DNA of 64,000 nt, taken from Neophaeotheca triangularis. Its lineage: Eukaryota. The position numbers and the translations under genes were made by a program. Location of the stretch: NCBI GenBank assembly GCA_054600435.1, contig BAAIJX010000004.1, positions 62,001-126,000 of the forward strand, written 5' to 3'. Below, one piece after another: positions 44,786-58,240 of the stretch. The notes beneath the pieces were generated by a model, which worked only from the letters and a program-made list of their open reading frames with translations, was not told the DNA's origin and searched no databases. Numbering within the stretch: position 1 is the stretch's first letter; every line of letters starts with the position of its first letter.

Positions 44786-45839
44786 GTTGGTTTTGTGTTG
44801 TGAAGAGGTGTGGGGCGGTGTATGAGAAGTGTCGTGGTGTTGTTGATGATGGGAGGAGAGTTTGTGTTTGGTGTATGCGTGAGAAAGTTGACTTTGGGTG
44901 AAGCGCCGGAGCCGAAAACGGGGCAGCTGCGATTGAGCATGGTCTGTGCTTCAAAGAACTTCACCTCGAAATGTTGGGAGCCTTAGGCCATGAACGTGTA
45001 CTACCACTCTCCATGGATAACTGAGCATAGCTAAATGAGATCCTCAGGATAGAGCATCACTGAACAATAGGCACAGATTTCCGGACTCTACGTCTCAATC
45101 TCCCAAAAGCAAGCGCCACAATCGTGTAGATATCTTCAAACCCTTCGAGACCATGTCATGTCCAAGCAGACAGGGTACTCGCAATACTAGCCTAGCCACC
45201 TCGCCTTGGCCTTGCAATCCCATTCCCATATAACGATTCAGCCCCTTGCAACCAATCGGTCCAAAGCAACACTCTTCCCCAAAGACGAGGAAACACCCTG
45301 CTTTGACCAAGTGTACAACGGATCGAGTACCATATCGAAGACCGAGCCCGATCTCTTCCCGCGAAGTGAAGAGAAGCAGAAACCCAAGAGAAAGCCCTCA
45401 AATAGGAGTTTGGCACAATATACAAAAAAGCTAATACATATCTGTACACAGACACACACGCGCAGGCACCCCTCAACCGTCAAGCGTGGATCTCGCAGGT
45501 AAGAAGGCCCCTCAATTTTTCGAAGAAACCAGGCGAGCCTCGCTCGTCCGAGCCGTCTCCCTCTTTCCATTCGCCGTGCACGCCATCAATATGCTTTGAG
45601 TGAGAGCTTCTTCCTTTTCGTACAGCCCACACGCAATCCACACGGCCACTCGCCTGCCGTCGAACCCTTACTCGTTGTCTCTTCTTATATTCCGTTGCTG
45701 CCGAAGCCAGCGGCAAATCTGCCCCCATACTCCTCGCTCGACGGCATGGACAACGCGTAGTTTCCTCCCCCCCCATCCATCAATCCCCTAACACAGCCTC
45801 GTACACGAAATCTACCGGCTAACCTCCATAGCCCATCCT

Positions 45840-47366
45840 CTACGTGACAACCTCACCAATATCCACGTTCTGCGGCCTCCACCTCGCCTTCCCAGCCCCA
45901 CCCTCAGTGACCTCCCGACTCCTCCCCAAAACCCCCTCAAAATCACTCGGCAAACACACCTCTTCCTTAGGAGGCGAATACAAATACCAACTCCTCATCG
46001 CGGCAGCGGAAGCCCTAACCCTGCCTTCATCCAAACTTGCTCCTACGCCCTCGCCCAATTTATCCTTGCCGCTGAAAACGCCCACGACAAAAACGGGAGA
46101 GCGTGAGTGCCGGCCGGTTTCGGAGATGAGGCGGGCGACGGGGGGCTCGAGGGATTCACGTGCGCAGAGTCGGGAGAGGTCGCGGGTTGGGTGGGTGAAG
46201 TTGAAGAGTTTGTGGAGCGGCAGTTGGCGGGAAAGAATGTGCTCGCGGTGGAAATGCTTGGTGGCTGCCGAGCCGGAGTGGAGGTATAGAGCGCCTGTGA
46301 GGGCGCGGATGAAGGCTGCGGACGCGGCTTCGAGTGTTGTGGTTGCGGTGAGGGTAGATTGATCTGGGTCGACGAGGTTGGCGGGGTTGGGTGTTGCTGG
46401 GGAAGGGTCGGCGCTGCCTGTAGGCTGGGTGTTTTGGTTGGGGGTCGTGTTGGTGGGAGTTGACAGCGGGGAGTTGGGGTAGGGGTGGACGCCTTCGGAG
46501 GGTAGGCCTGATCGGAGGTCGCCAAATTCGTCGTCGTAGACCACTCGCGATGAAATGCCACGGCGGTAGTTCCACTCTTCATTACGACGGCCGGTACCTT
46601 TTAGTCTTTGTGCATTGGGCATGTGTTCGGGGAGGTCTTTAATGAGCGTTCGGCCGTCTTCGCTCATGGCATTGCCGGGGGTTCGTCGTCGGAGTTGTAG
46701 GAGCCCCGGGTCGACTTCCATACCGGGTTCCGCCACGGCTTCTACACCCCATTCTGCCCGCATGGCAGAGAGAGTTGCAGATCCCACATATGCGTATTGT
46801 GCGGCGAAGAGGACCGGCATTGGGAGTCGCGGGTAGTTGCAGAGGAGGTATTCTGAGGTGTACAGACCTAACAGGTCCTGACCGATTGTGGCGAGAGGAG
46901 CATTATTGTAGCCCGGTCTAGAGTCGACTGTTGGATCTACGAGGCAGCGGGCTAGCGTTTGTAGGGGGAGCTTGGAGGGGAGGGACAGGCGGGCGTGGAG
47001 GGCGGAAAGTTTTGCTGAACGCAGGGCCGCTCGATGGGTAGGGGCATTCAGCGTCGCCGGCGTATCGACTGCATCGTTCGGTATGCCTTCTCCCCCTGAC
47101 GCAACGGTGTAGTCTTCATTTGGTGTCGCCGCCACCGATGCCGTGCTAGCTTTTCGCCTGCTAGCTATGCCCCTTATATGCTGTCTCGGCCGCAATTGAG
47201 GTTGCGTGTGTATCCCCCTCGTACATTGTGGAACCCCTGCATGCTGTCTCGATTGTGCAGCGGCACTCAGCGATCTCTGCTGCAGGTATAACCGTGGGTT
47301 TCGAGGCGCCTGTTGTATCTGCAGTTGGGTGGCCCATCGGTCCAGACGTATGCGCTTCATCGACAT
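45840..47366 (-). CDS. MRPL3: Mitochondrial large-subunit ribosomal protein mL44 (RNase III-like + dsRBD)
   Basis: SAKLSALHARLSLP, YPRLP, PTRDLSRLCARE...ARLISETGRHSRSPVFVVGVFSG..KLGEG, and an Arg-rich presequence. Confidence 0.9.
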   Translation of the reverse strand: MSMKRIRLDRWATQLQIQQAPRNPRLYLQQRSLSAAAQSRQHAGVPQCTRGIHTQPQLRPRQHIRGIASRRKASTASVAATPNEDYTVASGGEGIPNDAVDTPATLNAPTHRAALRSAKLSALHARLSLPSKLPLQTLARCLVDPTVDSRPGYNNAPLATIGQDLLGLYTSEYLLCNYPRLPMPVLFAAQYAYVGSATLSAMRAEWGVEAVAEPGMEVDPGLLQLRRRTPGNAMSEDGRTLIKDLPEHMPNAQRLKGTGRRNEEWNYRRGISSRVVYDDEFGDLRSGLPSEGVHPYPNSPLSTPTNTTPNQNTQPTGSADPSPATPNPANLVDPDQSTLTATTTLEAASAAFIRALTGALYLHSGSAATKHFHREHILSRQLPLHKLFNFTHPTRDLSRLCARESLEPPVARLISETGRHSRSPVFVVGVFSGKDKLGEGVGASLDEGRVRASAAAMRSWYLYSPPKEEVCLPSDFEGVLGRSREVTEGGAGKARWRPQNVDIGEVVT

Positions 47367-47750
47367 GAGGCGGGAAGAAGAAAAGAATTATCGCCCCCCG
47401 AAAGCAAACCTCCTCTTACTAGTACAAACAACGGGCAAGATTGTATGTGCGTGTGTATTGGGCAATAATGGGAGGGCGACTGTTTCGATGATGCCGTGCC
47501 GTCGTCCGTCTGTGTCTGTCTCCCTTTGAGATTTTGTCGGGCAAGAGCACACGACAAAGCACAGCACGGACCCTCGACAAACCTCCGCCTCCTGCCCGCA
47601 ATGCCAACGCCAAGCCCTGACCCGACTTCACCTCTACAAGCCATTGGACAGCCAGCTACACATATATGCGCCCAGCGATAACGAGGCCGCACAGCTATAC
47701 ACCCAAACCGAACCAGAATCTCCACTCCCACTCTTCTCGAAATCGCAACC

Positions 47751-48261
47751 ATGGGCGGTGGCGGCAAAGTCTCGTAATCCTCCCATCTCCCCATCCACCC
47801 ACCCCGCCAAACACCACTAACCCACCTGACCTACTCCAGCTACCCTAAACACATCTGGTCCCCAGCAGGAGGCTGGTACGCCCAACCGGCCAACTGGCGA
47901 ACCAACACTGCCGTCATGATGGGCGTCATCGTCGGCCTGACCGCCATGGCGTGGAGCGTGAGCGCCGATCGCGAGCATAGGGATAAGATGCCTGAGGTAC
48001 GTCGCACAAACAATAGCTAGAATGTCCCGAGAAGAGCATTCCAAGCCCTAGAGAAGATCGGCGAAAGCGGGGCAAAGAGGTGGCGGTTGAGATAAATCAG
48101 ACGAGAAAGTGTGGATGTTTGGTTCATGAAGAGCAGTAATGCTGACTCTTTTCGCGCAGCCTGGCCGTTTCTACCCAAGCAGATACTGGAGCCGCGAGAT
48201 CAGGGAACACGAAGCGCAGCAAAAGCTCGCTGGGTCGGCGCTTCTGAACAAGCAGCAATAG
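47751..48261 (+). CDS. Small NADH:ubiquinone oxidoreductase (complex I) accessory subunit, NUUM-like; not in ORF track
   Basis: Exons 47751-47773, 47840-47996 and 48160-48261 with GT..CTGAC..CAG introns. Product MGGGGKVSYPKHIWSPAGGWYAQPANWRTNTAVMMGVIVGLTAMAWSVSADREHRDKMPEPGRFYPSRYWSRE... with one TM helix. Confidence 0.82.
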
Positions 48262-48947
48262 ATGGAAGAGACAAATTACGGACAAGGCAAGGCGTTTTTT
48301 TGTAACCGGGTTGGGAAATTTGTGTCGAATTCGAGAAGTCGAAGCTTCTCAAGCGTGGACAGATGTAAATATGCTACAATGACGAGCGGCGAGTTCCGAA
48401 TGTTCAAGAAGTCGCGCATGTTTTTACCGCCGGTTGAGTTTGATATCTTGAAGGCGAGGTAGGTGGACTATAACGTGTTTTGAGAGAGAGACTCTCTAGT
48501 AGCAGGTTTGTCTACGCTCTGTAGGACTGCCTTGGAACTCTTGAATACCTCAACATCAACAGGCTCAGGCCCATCACATGGATGCCTGGGACTCTTTCAA
48601 AGGCAGCGTACTTTCCAGCAAACGAATACCACACTCGCAGCGGCAAAGAACTCGGTCCCAAATCAGGCGACGCTATAAGTTACTTGGACTCAATACGGGA
48701 CAATTGACAGTTGACAAGCCTGTTCCCGCAGACGAGGCCTGAAAGCTTTTGACCATGTCAGCGCTTTAGGGCCTATTGCGAGGAGTACGCAAAAAGTCTC
48801 CTAGCGACGGTATAGAGAGCATACAATCACGAACAAAGCCAAAGTCAAGTTGTGGGAGAACGATGCAAGTATGCAGCTACATCCGCCGAAAAGGCTACAA
48901 CTACCATACATCTACACAAACCCCTATCATGCCACCCATCTACACAT

Positions 48948-50634
48948 CTACCCGTCCAAAACCCTCAACATCTCCCCAACATCGACAATCTTACACCTCT
49001 CTCTCCCCCTCTCCTTGCCCCTTCGCCTCTCTTCAGCGTCAATAACCCCCCACTCCTGCCAACTGACCCACCTCAAACCCCTCCGCTCCACCTCACCTCT
49101 AACGCCCTCCCACCCAGCCTTCGCACCTCCTTCACCAGACCCCGCCTCAGGCTCATGGAACTCAACACCCCCTTCCCAATCTGCAGCAATAATCTCCGCG
49201 GTGTGAAAAGCGTCGTCCATCGTGCTGGCAATAACGCCCGTCGGCCCCCGCTTCACCCACCCGGCACAGTACATACCTGGCACATGGCCTGCGGTCAGCG
49301 GACCCGCGGGACCGCGTGCGGGTGATAGGATGCGGCCGTGGACGTCGTTGGGGATGATGCCACGGTGTTCGTCAAAGGGGACGCCGAGGTCAGGGAAACC
49401 GGGCAGGGGTTCGGAGAGGTAGCCGACGGAGCGGAAAGCGAGGTGGGTTGAGATTTTGGTTTTGGAAGTTGGGTCGTTGGAGGGGTTGACGCGGAGCGCG
49501 CGGAGGGTGTTGAGGGAGGCTTGTGGGTCGGAGGGGCTGAGGGAGTCCGAGGGTGGCTGCGTGTAGCTTGTTCCTGTGAAGCCGACGGCGCCGAGGGAGT
49601 TGGAGGAGGTTTGGGAAGGGAGGAAGGCGGCGGGTGCGCGCAGGTAGCCGAGTTGCCAGGCGCGCTGGCTAGCTTCCAGGGGGCTGCGGGAGCCCTTTTC
49701 TAGCACTTCGGCTATGCGGCGGAGTTGCCGGGGGAGCTTTTTGCGCTCGACGCCGATCAAGTCGTCCCAGGGCTCGGGCGGGGGTTTGAAGCCTACATCT
49801 TGCAGGTGCATGAGTTCACGCAATTCTTTGATTGTGTAGGGGGCTTGAAGGGGCCCGCGTCGGCCGATAATTTTGACGTTCCGGATCTTGCTACGATCGA
49901 GCGCTTCCAGGGCGTGTTCGGCAATATCGGTTTTGCGAAGTTCGGAGATTGGTTGGAGGAGGACCCGCGTTACGTCGATTGCTACGTTGCCTTGGCCGAT
50001 TACTACAGCTGTGTCGCCGCCTTCGAGGTCTGGGTTGAGGTTTGCGTACTCGGGAAGTCCGTTGTACCAGCCCACAAATGCTCTTGCTGAGACAACGCCT
50101 TTAAGATCTTCCCCCGGTATACCGAGTGCCTTGTCTTTTGACGCTCCGTAGGCAAAGAGCATTGCATCGTAGTGGGGAGCGATACTGCTTATTGGCAGCT
50201 TGCCGGGCTCGTCGCCGATGGATATGTTGCCGGCGAAGTGGAAGTTGGGGCTCTTACCCACGTCTTCGAGAGTTTCGGCGCTTTTCTACAACTATCCGCA
50301 TGAGTGAGCTGCCCTGTCTGGATTGTTTCAAAGGTGGACGGCAACGTACCTTGACTTCGGGATGATCGGGGGCTACACCGAACCGCACGAGTCCGTAGGG
50401 AGTAGGTAGGCTCTCGTACATGTCGATTTTGACGTCTGGAAGTCTTCGCATCAGGCGGTAGGCCGAGTAATATCCCGCTGGTCCAGATCCAATGATGGCG
50501 AGTCGGAGAGGGTGTTGTCGAGTCTGCGCCGATGTAATGTTCGATGTGTAGGCCCGTTGGGCATTATATTGGGTGGTGACATTACTGCGACAATTTGCGC
50601 AGACCCAGGCACTCCGTCGTAGGAGGAGATTCAT
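48948..50634 (-). CDS. ARH1: NADPH:adrenodoxin (ferredoxin) oxidoreductase, mitochondrial
   Basis: Intron 50349-50286. IIGSGPAGYY, PYGLVRFGVAPDHPEVK, IGQGNVAID, GWVKRGPTGVI. Exact start Met is uncertain. Confidence 0.94.
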
Positions 50635-50950
50635 ACTACCTGGATGGAGCATCTGGAAGAAAGATGAAGCTGGCATGCGAATGTACAGTCAGTCAGCCCA
50701 GTATTCGAAAGCGGTCATATACATGGATAGTAGTACCCGCAAGGCCTTATCTGATCTGATCTCAATCGGATGCATGGATGAAACGCGATAAGATAACGAA
50801 TTTGAGATAAGGTAGGAGGCACCTAGGCAGGTAACAGTCGTCGTCCGGTCAACGAGACGCCAACACAACAGACGCCGCGGCCGACCAGGAAACCAGGTTA
50901 CCAGCATCATTTCCAAGGCGGACTAGTAGCAATATAACAACAGCAATAAC

Positions 50951-50980
50951 TACATCTACATCTACATCTACATCTTCATC
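50951..50980. repeat. (TACATC)n short tandem repeat
   Basis: Four perfect TACATC units plus TTCATC. Confidence 0.85.
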
Positions 50981-51222
50981 TATAGAGGCTGATGATCCTC
51001 CACCTTTGGCACTCTCACCTTGTCTCAGACCTCAACCTCAGTCTCTCGTCATCTACATTCCTTACCATTTGCTTGAATAGATAGGTCCCTTGCCAATCTC
51101 AATCTTACATACCCTACTACTACTATCAAACATCGTCGCTACTACCATCACCACATTCCAATCCAACCCCCCTCCCAAGGCCCCCCACCTTCTCTCCTGG
51201 CCGCCACCACTTGGCCGGCACC

Positions 51223-53721
51223 ATGGGCGCGGACTCTTCCCCTCCATACCTCTACGAGGCCCCCAGCCGGCGCAGCGTTGCCTACCCATACTCGGATTTC
51301 AACCCAAAGCGCGTCTCGCAGAATGCCTACTACACCGCTCTCTCCGCCCAACAGCAGCAGCGGGAACATCAACACCGACCGAAGAGAGAGGGACCGCTGA
51401 TCAATTTCAACGAGCATCCCGACTCTTACCTCATCCTTCCGCAAAAGCCTCAACGGACGGACCTCAAGGCTTTGCCTCCAGGGACGAAGAAGGCCATCAC
51501 GGTGACAAGATGGGTGCAATTCGCGTTGAGATTGGTGCAATTGATTGGTTGCATCGGATTGTTGGTACTGGTGATTTTTGTCAAAGGGGCGCAGAATGCA
51601 GAAGCGTGGATTATGAGGATACCCGTGAGTCCAGCTAGACGTCTTAGGTTTGCTTGCCGGCGACTGACTTTGAAATGACAGCCCGCTTGGGACATCCTTA
51701 TCACTCTATACGCCATCTACCACCTCCAACGCCCGGCCAAAGGACGCACTCCCGCCAGCAGCTCCAGCTACCATGTCTTCGCCCTCTCCATGGACATAGG
51801 CCTCATCCCGTTTTACGTCTACATCGCCATGGTTTCCCAAAGTAACTACGTCTTGGAGACCGGCGCAAATGGACGTTGGCGGACCTACTTCGACGCAAAG
51901 GCAACCAATGCAATCTTGCTGGCTATTTTCGTCGCCTCTATCGTACAAGGTGCACTACACTTGATCAGCATCGGAATCGACATCTATCTTTTCATCGTCT
52001 TCAGGAAGATTGCTCAACTTCCACAGGATATGAACCCTTTGGAGGACAACCTCACATCTAGGGGCCCTAGGCAGAAAGGCCACAAGTATAAGAACTCGGA
52101 CGCACCTCTGTTGGCTCAGATGAGCGAGAAGAAGGGGGCGCAAATGAGTGAAAGTACCGTCTCCCTGAACAACCCGGCTCGTGCTTCTATGCGTGACTCC
52201 TACATGTCAGACTATCGGGCTGTTCCTTTCGGCCACAGCAGATTGGATTCGGATACGACATTCTCTCCTCACAATCCCGACTCTGCAAGGTACTCACGAC
52301 AGCAATACGAGCAAGTCTATCAGCAATCCTCTTCAGCACGGGATTCCCGTCCAGACCTTGGAGAGCACAGGAACTCAAGAACAGATTCGCTCTCCCCGTC
52401 AAAGAAAAAGTCGTTTGTCGACACCTTTGAAATTCCTAGCGCACCTTCGATAGAAGCCCTCACAATGGTGCGTCCGGAATCACGCCCTGCACGTCCAGGG
52501 ACCGCCGGTCGCTTTACCTCTCCAGGCCCAGACACTGCCAACAATGCCGCTCTGACAGATGAGGTGGCCAAGAGCCAACAGAAAGAAGGCCTGCTGAACG
52601 ACAACTGGTACGTCATGGACGACGAGAACGAGACTGGCGACATCGGTCAAGCCTCCACAATCCGTGGCCGCTCTCCTCCTCGCGCGCACGATACCACTCT
52701 CGCCGCTCTCGACGGCGGCAACAGCAGGGCCCACCAGTCCACGATAAACCCGCTTCAAGTGCCTCAACCCCTGAAATCCCACCCACCAAGTCCAACTCCC
52801 GACTCTGGCAACCCGGATATCTCGACCGCCCGCACCCCTCCCCCAATAATGCCCCCTGAACTCCAACACCTGCAAACAACCCTCAAGAGAAACCCCACAA
52901 TCGCGACTGATTCTTCCTCAATCTACTCACGCCCCTCCATCCACTCTCGCCACTCCCAACACTCTCTCTACAATAGCAACGACCCCTCGCGCTCTCTAAC
53001 GTCGACCCCCAAGAACAAATACTACGGCGACCTACAAGCCGCCACCCTCGGCATCCGCGGCCCACCCTCTCCAAACCGCGCAAACTCCCGACCAGGCTCT
53101 AGTGGCGGCGAGAGCAAACGCGGCCGCTACGCCGCCTCCCACGACCCACAGCGCTCCTACCACCAATCGCCCAGCCGTCCGAGCAGCCGCCCAGGAAGCC
53201 GTCCGAACAGCCGCCCTGCCAGCCGCTCCAACTCCCTCTACAACGAAACGTCCAGCCTGTACAACCAAGACCCGCACCCGGACCTCCCACCTCCCGTTCC
53301 CACGCGCACATCTTACAACCCAACGACCCAAACCACCACAAGAAGCGACGGCAGCCCAGAACCCCCACTCAAAAGCCCCAAACGCCGCTCCACGCACTTC
53401 CCGGCCTCGACCGATCCCACCAACGCCAATGCCGGTGCCGAAACCGACGCCCCAGGCAGCCCGAGCAAGCACCGCGGCCACCGACGGGAACAAAGCCGCG
53501 GCCCACCGCAAGAGAGCCCTACCAGAGCGCAAGCCCAGCCCAGAGTCATCAGCCGCAGCGGCGCGGATTTTCATGAATACCAATTCGAGCCATCGGTCGC
53601 GAAACCGGGGCTGAGCGCGGGGGTTTGGGGCAAGGGACCGCAAGCCAGCACGGGCGGGGCGAGGAGGCGCGAAGTCAGTGGTAAAGTTGCCGAGGAGGGG
53701 AGGGGGGGCGTGGGGTATTAG
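51223..53721 (+). CDS. Uncharacterised fungal membrane protein (about 4 N-terminal TM segments, long disordered S/P/R-rich tail)
   Basis: Exon 51223-51624, intron 51625-51681 (GTGAGT..CTGAC..CAG), then in frame into the 643-aa ORF. Several hydrophobic stretches, then LPQDMNPLEDNLT. Confidence 0.8.
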
Positions 53722-54070
53722 CTGTAGTGTAGACCGCGGATGGGGTGCTAGTCAGTGCCATGGAGTGACGGAGGCCGGGTGACGCGGGCGTTGTACGCGA
53801 GGCTTTGGGCTCGCGGCTGGCTCTGGGGATGGGACGGCATTCCTGGTTTGGGCGTTTGCGATGAGGAGAGCGAAGACGGGTTTGGTTGGACAGATGACGG
53901 CCCTTGGGGGGCGTGACAAAAAGCTGGTTGGGATATGGGATTCTTTTCGCTCTTTGAGATGATGGCTTGTGGTTTTTGCTCGACGTTTGCTGAGGGAAAG
54001 GGGGGTCTGGGCTGGATTGGAATGGGAACGGGATTGGAATGGATTGAATTGGACATGTATGCCGGGACGA

Positions 54071-54095
54071 TGCTTTGCTTTGCTTTGCTTTGCTT
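54071..54095. repeat. (TGCTT)n pentanucleotide repeat
   Basis: Five TGCTT units. Confidence 0.85.
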
Positions 54096-54714
54096 GGTCA
54101 GAGGGGAATGATCTTTGTTCACGCCGCTGTCTATGTTTCGTTATGCATTTGTTCATACTGCATGCGTTTCTATCGATATCTTTGGTACACTGGATCATTT
54201 TGTCACCTCTATACTCAATGTCGCCGGTTCGATGACTGTCTTGACTGTTTCGACTGTATGTTGGTGCGAATTGGCGACAGGGTGTTTCTATCTAGAAGCT
54301 CGAGTTTCTCAGGAAACGTCAAGAACCGCTCTTACACGTGCGCTTGGAAGTGTCGTGGACACATGATGTCCTTGGGAAGGGAGGGCTGTGCATGAAAAAT
54401 AGTGGTTGAACTCGTGGCTACATAAGAAATCAAAAAAAAAAAAAAAAAGCCACCCACGAGTGGGCCAAAGCGGCTATGGTCCGCATCTCGCGACCTCCTC
54501 AACCCACCCGACGTAGTCGATGCCATCAGGCTCCCAGCCGCCCTGTCCAGCCAAAGCAGCCCCATTACATTCCCAAACCATTCCATGCGTCTTACCAACC
54601 AATTCGTGTCAAAACGGAAACCAAGACCGGCCTTGTCACCAATGCCCGAAGTTCTCCGAGCCCCAAAAACGCCGGCTCGACTCCAAACATCACCAACAAT
54701 AGAAAGCTTCCCAC

Positions 54715-56933
54715 TCAATTGCTCTTCCTTTCCCCGCCCTTCTGACTCCCACTCCTATCAGTCCTGAGAGTCTCGTCGCTACATCTCGTCGACAACTCCA
54801 AAACGCTACTGACGCGGCTCGTCCTGGTCGAGCCCTCGGAGATCGAACTCGCGCTGGTCTCGGGTCTTTGCCGTCGAAGGGCGGGTGGTAAATAGTTGTT
54901 GCGAGGGTTGTTGGAGGTTGTGGGGACGTAGTCTTGGAAACCGTTTACGGGGGTGCTGGAGGTGGAGGAGCTGTCGGAGTTGTCGGGGTCGTATGGGGTG
55001 GTTGAGTCGTAGGGAGAGGGTGGGTAAGGGCTTGTACTGAAGGTGGGGCTGAATGTTGTGGGCGGTGTGGAGGGTTGGTAGCAATTTTGTTGGCCTTGAG
55101 AGGTCGAATTTGAGGCGTCGTACGAGGGCAGGTGGGAGGTTTCCTCCTTTGAGGTGTAAGAGGGCAGCGTCGTCGTGCTTGAGCGGGAGTTTCGGGTGCT
55201 CGGGTTGTTGCTGTTGATGGTATTGTGAAGGTGCCGGGGAAGCGGTACTCGTGACGGGGGCGGATCGCATTGGACCATGTTGGCCACAATGTTGTGGACA
55301 TTGCGGAGTTCGCGAATCTCAGCCTCCATGATCTCACCCTTTTCGGCAAGATCGGCGTCGGCGTCACTTTCCATGAAGGCTTCTTGGACGATCAGTCCTC
55401 GCTTTTCTTCGTAGTCTCCATGTCTTCCCCCTTTATCTCCAATGCCGAAACAGCTGAAGGCGGACTTGAACTGCCCCCATCGCTTCTGCATTTCTGCTCT
55501 CCGAGCTGCCCTTCTGTAAGCTCGGGCGTTTCGGCGTTCTTCCCTATCTGCCGCTCGCTCCACTTTGGTGCGCATGGAGATGCACTTGGACCTTATCACT
55601 GCAAAGAGTGCGCCGAGGCCCAATATGCCTGCGATGATCTCGAGCGCTCGCACGAGAGGGCTGGTATTGCCTACAATGTTGACGCCCTTAAGGTGTGGGG
55701 ATGTAGACTCGTCTTCATACCATAGCGGATCTCTGGTGCTCTGAGCAGTGGCAACGCCATCTTTGCAAGCGGTGATTTCCATGGCGTAGAGGGGGAGGTC
55801 TTTGTTAAAGGTGCAGTTATAGGTCTTCGGCAGGGACGAGTGGCCTGCTGCTAGAGTAGCTTGGCTGCCCATTTGCGAGTCGTGCAATCGAATGTACCCG
55901 GTACGGTGCTTGTCTGCGATATCATGGACCTTGTCGCAAATGCGTTGGGCAATGACTTTGGTAGCACATACGACGCTGTCGCACTGCTTTACCAAGTCTC
56001 CTAGGCGGACTTGCTCACGGTATTGTCGGACATGCTTGTACAACGACTTTCTCTTATGCGCCATGGCCTTCTCCAGATACTTGGCCTGTTCTTGCAAGCC
56101 GATGAGTGCCTCGACTTCGGCCTCGATGTCAAAACCGTCGTTGCCGTGCCCCTTCGCGTCGCTGTCAGGATCCACGCTGTCTGGTTCCCCTTCCTTACCA
56201 GCATTATTGCCTCTGAGTGCGGTAAGTTGGATGGACGAAGAGTGACCACGCTCGTCAACGCTGGTTCCTATGCTTTGTAGCTGATGGGTAGGGTCGGTGG
56301 TCCACTCGATGCCGAAACCATGCGCTGACGCATTCTGGGAACTGCCTTCCAGTCTGAACTTGACTTCTATGATTTGCAACAATACATCATCTATCAGAAA
56401 ATCTCCGTGGTCCGCCTGCTGTGGCCATACCCCCGAAACAGTCTCCACATTGGCAAGGAAAGTTTCTCCGGTGGCGTCGGTCAGTGTGACCTTCTCGAGG
56501 CGAGAGTAAGTGTAGCTATGCTGTGGCGAATAGAGCTGTAATTGCTGGCCATTGAGGGTCAACTCCGGTCGGAAGATATGGATGTACGGGTCGACTCGTA
56601 AGTCAAAAAGCTACACTAGGGTCAGAGGGTGGAGAGAAGGCTACAGAATACGCGCGGCCATCAAGGCTAGGTCCAGGCTTGTTGCGTGAAAGGGGACATA
56701 CAAAAGGACTGGAATGACCAGGAAATGGTATTGAGAAGTGGATGGAGCTAGTCGAGGCATCTAGACAATTTCAAATCAGCCCGAGTCCGCCACACTCTAG
56801 TCTGGCTGGATTGGGAGAGGCGAAACATACTGTACTCGAGCACTTTGAGACTTCCTGCTGTAGCAACGGGAGCTGCCATGAGGACAACGACAAAAAGAAC
56901 GAGTATGGACAGCAAAGGGCAGAAGCACAGCAT
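54715..56933 (-). CDS. Uncharacterised type I membrane protein (signal peptide + single TM)
   Basis: Exons 56933-56831, 56760-56702 and 56610-54715 join in frame through two GTATGT..TAG introns. Signal-like MLCFCPLLSILVLFVVVLMAAPVATA, TM ALEIIAGILGLGALFAVI followed by a basic RRAARR segment. Confidence 0.75.
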
Positions 56934-57677
56934 GGCGGCGAGCAATCTCACATGTCAATGCGGCAAGAGGCTGCCTTGGGTAGTTGAGTAGGAGGTATGT
57001 ACTTCAAACGAAGGAAGAGAAATGGCGGACTACGGCGAGCAGTCAACAACGAGGGCCAGGGCCTCTAATGTCCTTACAGAGCGCGCAAAACAAACAGTCG
57101 ATAATGGAATGACACCTGACTTAGGTGGAAAAGTAAAGAACAATGCCAGATGTCAGCAACAGCAGGCAGCGAGATAATATAACATGGGCGAGGCCACGCA
57201 CTGCCACCACGGCCCGTTCGAAGGATTCGTTCCGGATTGGACAAGGGGCGTGGCGGGGCGGGGGGTGAGGTCGGCATAACCTTTCTCTACCTCCGACCCT
57301 CCTAACTTAGGTTAGCCCGCTCACTGATGATTCAGCACGTTGACTCGCTTAGAGTAGTGGAGAGTGGCTAACTCCCGATGCCGACGTCAATTGCCAAGGC
57401 CCAGTCGACTTTCGTAGGTATCGCTTCAAGCTCTCGAGCTAAGGTTAACTGCTCGCCATTGGAGCGCATTCTTCTTTTACATACCCCCTTTGCCTTTACA
57501 TACCTACGCGCTGTTCACCAGGATATCGTTCAATAGGTATTAAAGCCCTCCATATACTAACCCAAAGCTCACTCCCAACTAATCCCGCTCACTTGCCGCC
57601 AGCCAGCTTCACGCCAAAACAACCCCCGAACCCGCTGCGAGCGAAACCTCCAGACACCACCACCCCCAACCGTAACC

Positions 57678-57921
57678 ATGCTCCCGCTCGGCCTGCTCCA
57701 AGCGACCGTCGGCAGCCCAATGCTGGTCGAGCTGAAAAATGGCGAAACCATCAACGGCCACCTGACCGCCTGCGACACCTACATGAACCTCACCCTGCGC
57801 GAAATCTTCCACACCAGCGCCGACGGCGAGACCTTTATGCACATGGACGAGGCGTACGTTCGCGGCAACAACGTAAGCACAGCCAACCAGCCAACCAGCC
57901 ACACTATTCCCATCACTGTTT

Positions 57922-57954
<33 letters not shown>

Positions 57955-58240
57955 CCATGGATCTCTTTCCCTGCCCTTCCCTCTTGACTGCACACCCATC
58001 GCTAACCCCTGCCCTCTTTCCTTACCCAACAGATCAAATACCTCCGTGTCGGCGACGAGATCCTCGAAAAGGCCAAAGCGCAACAAGCAGCGCAACAAGC
58101 CCAGCGCGGCGGCGGGTACCAACGCGGCGGACGCGGCGGCGAGCGTGGCGGGCGAGGTGGACGTGGAGACGGCCATGGGGGCGAGCGCGGCGGCGCTGGA
58201 CGTGGAGGCGGCAGAGGCGGGAGAGGCAGAGGTGGAATGA
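57678..58240 (+). CDS. LSM4: U6 snRNA-associated Sm-like protein Lsm4
   Basis: Exons 57678-57872 and 58033-58240. MLPLGLL...PMLVELKNGETINGHL..CDTYMNLTL...YVRGNN|IKYLRV Sm1/Sm2 motifs and an RGG tail. Confidence 0.95.
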
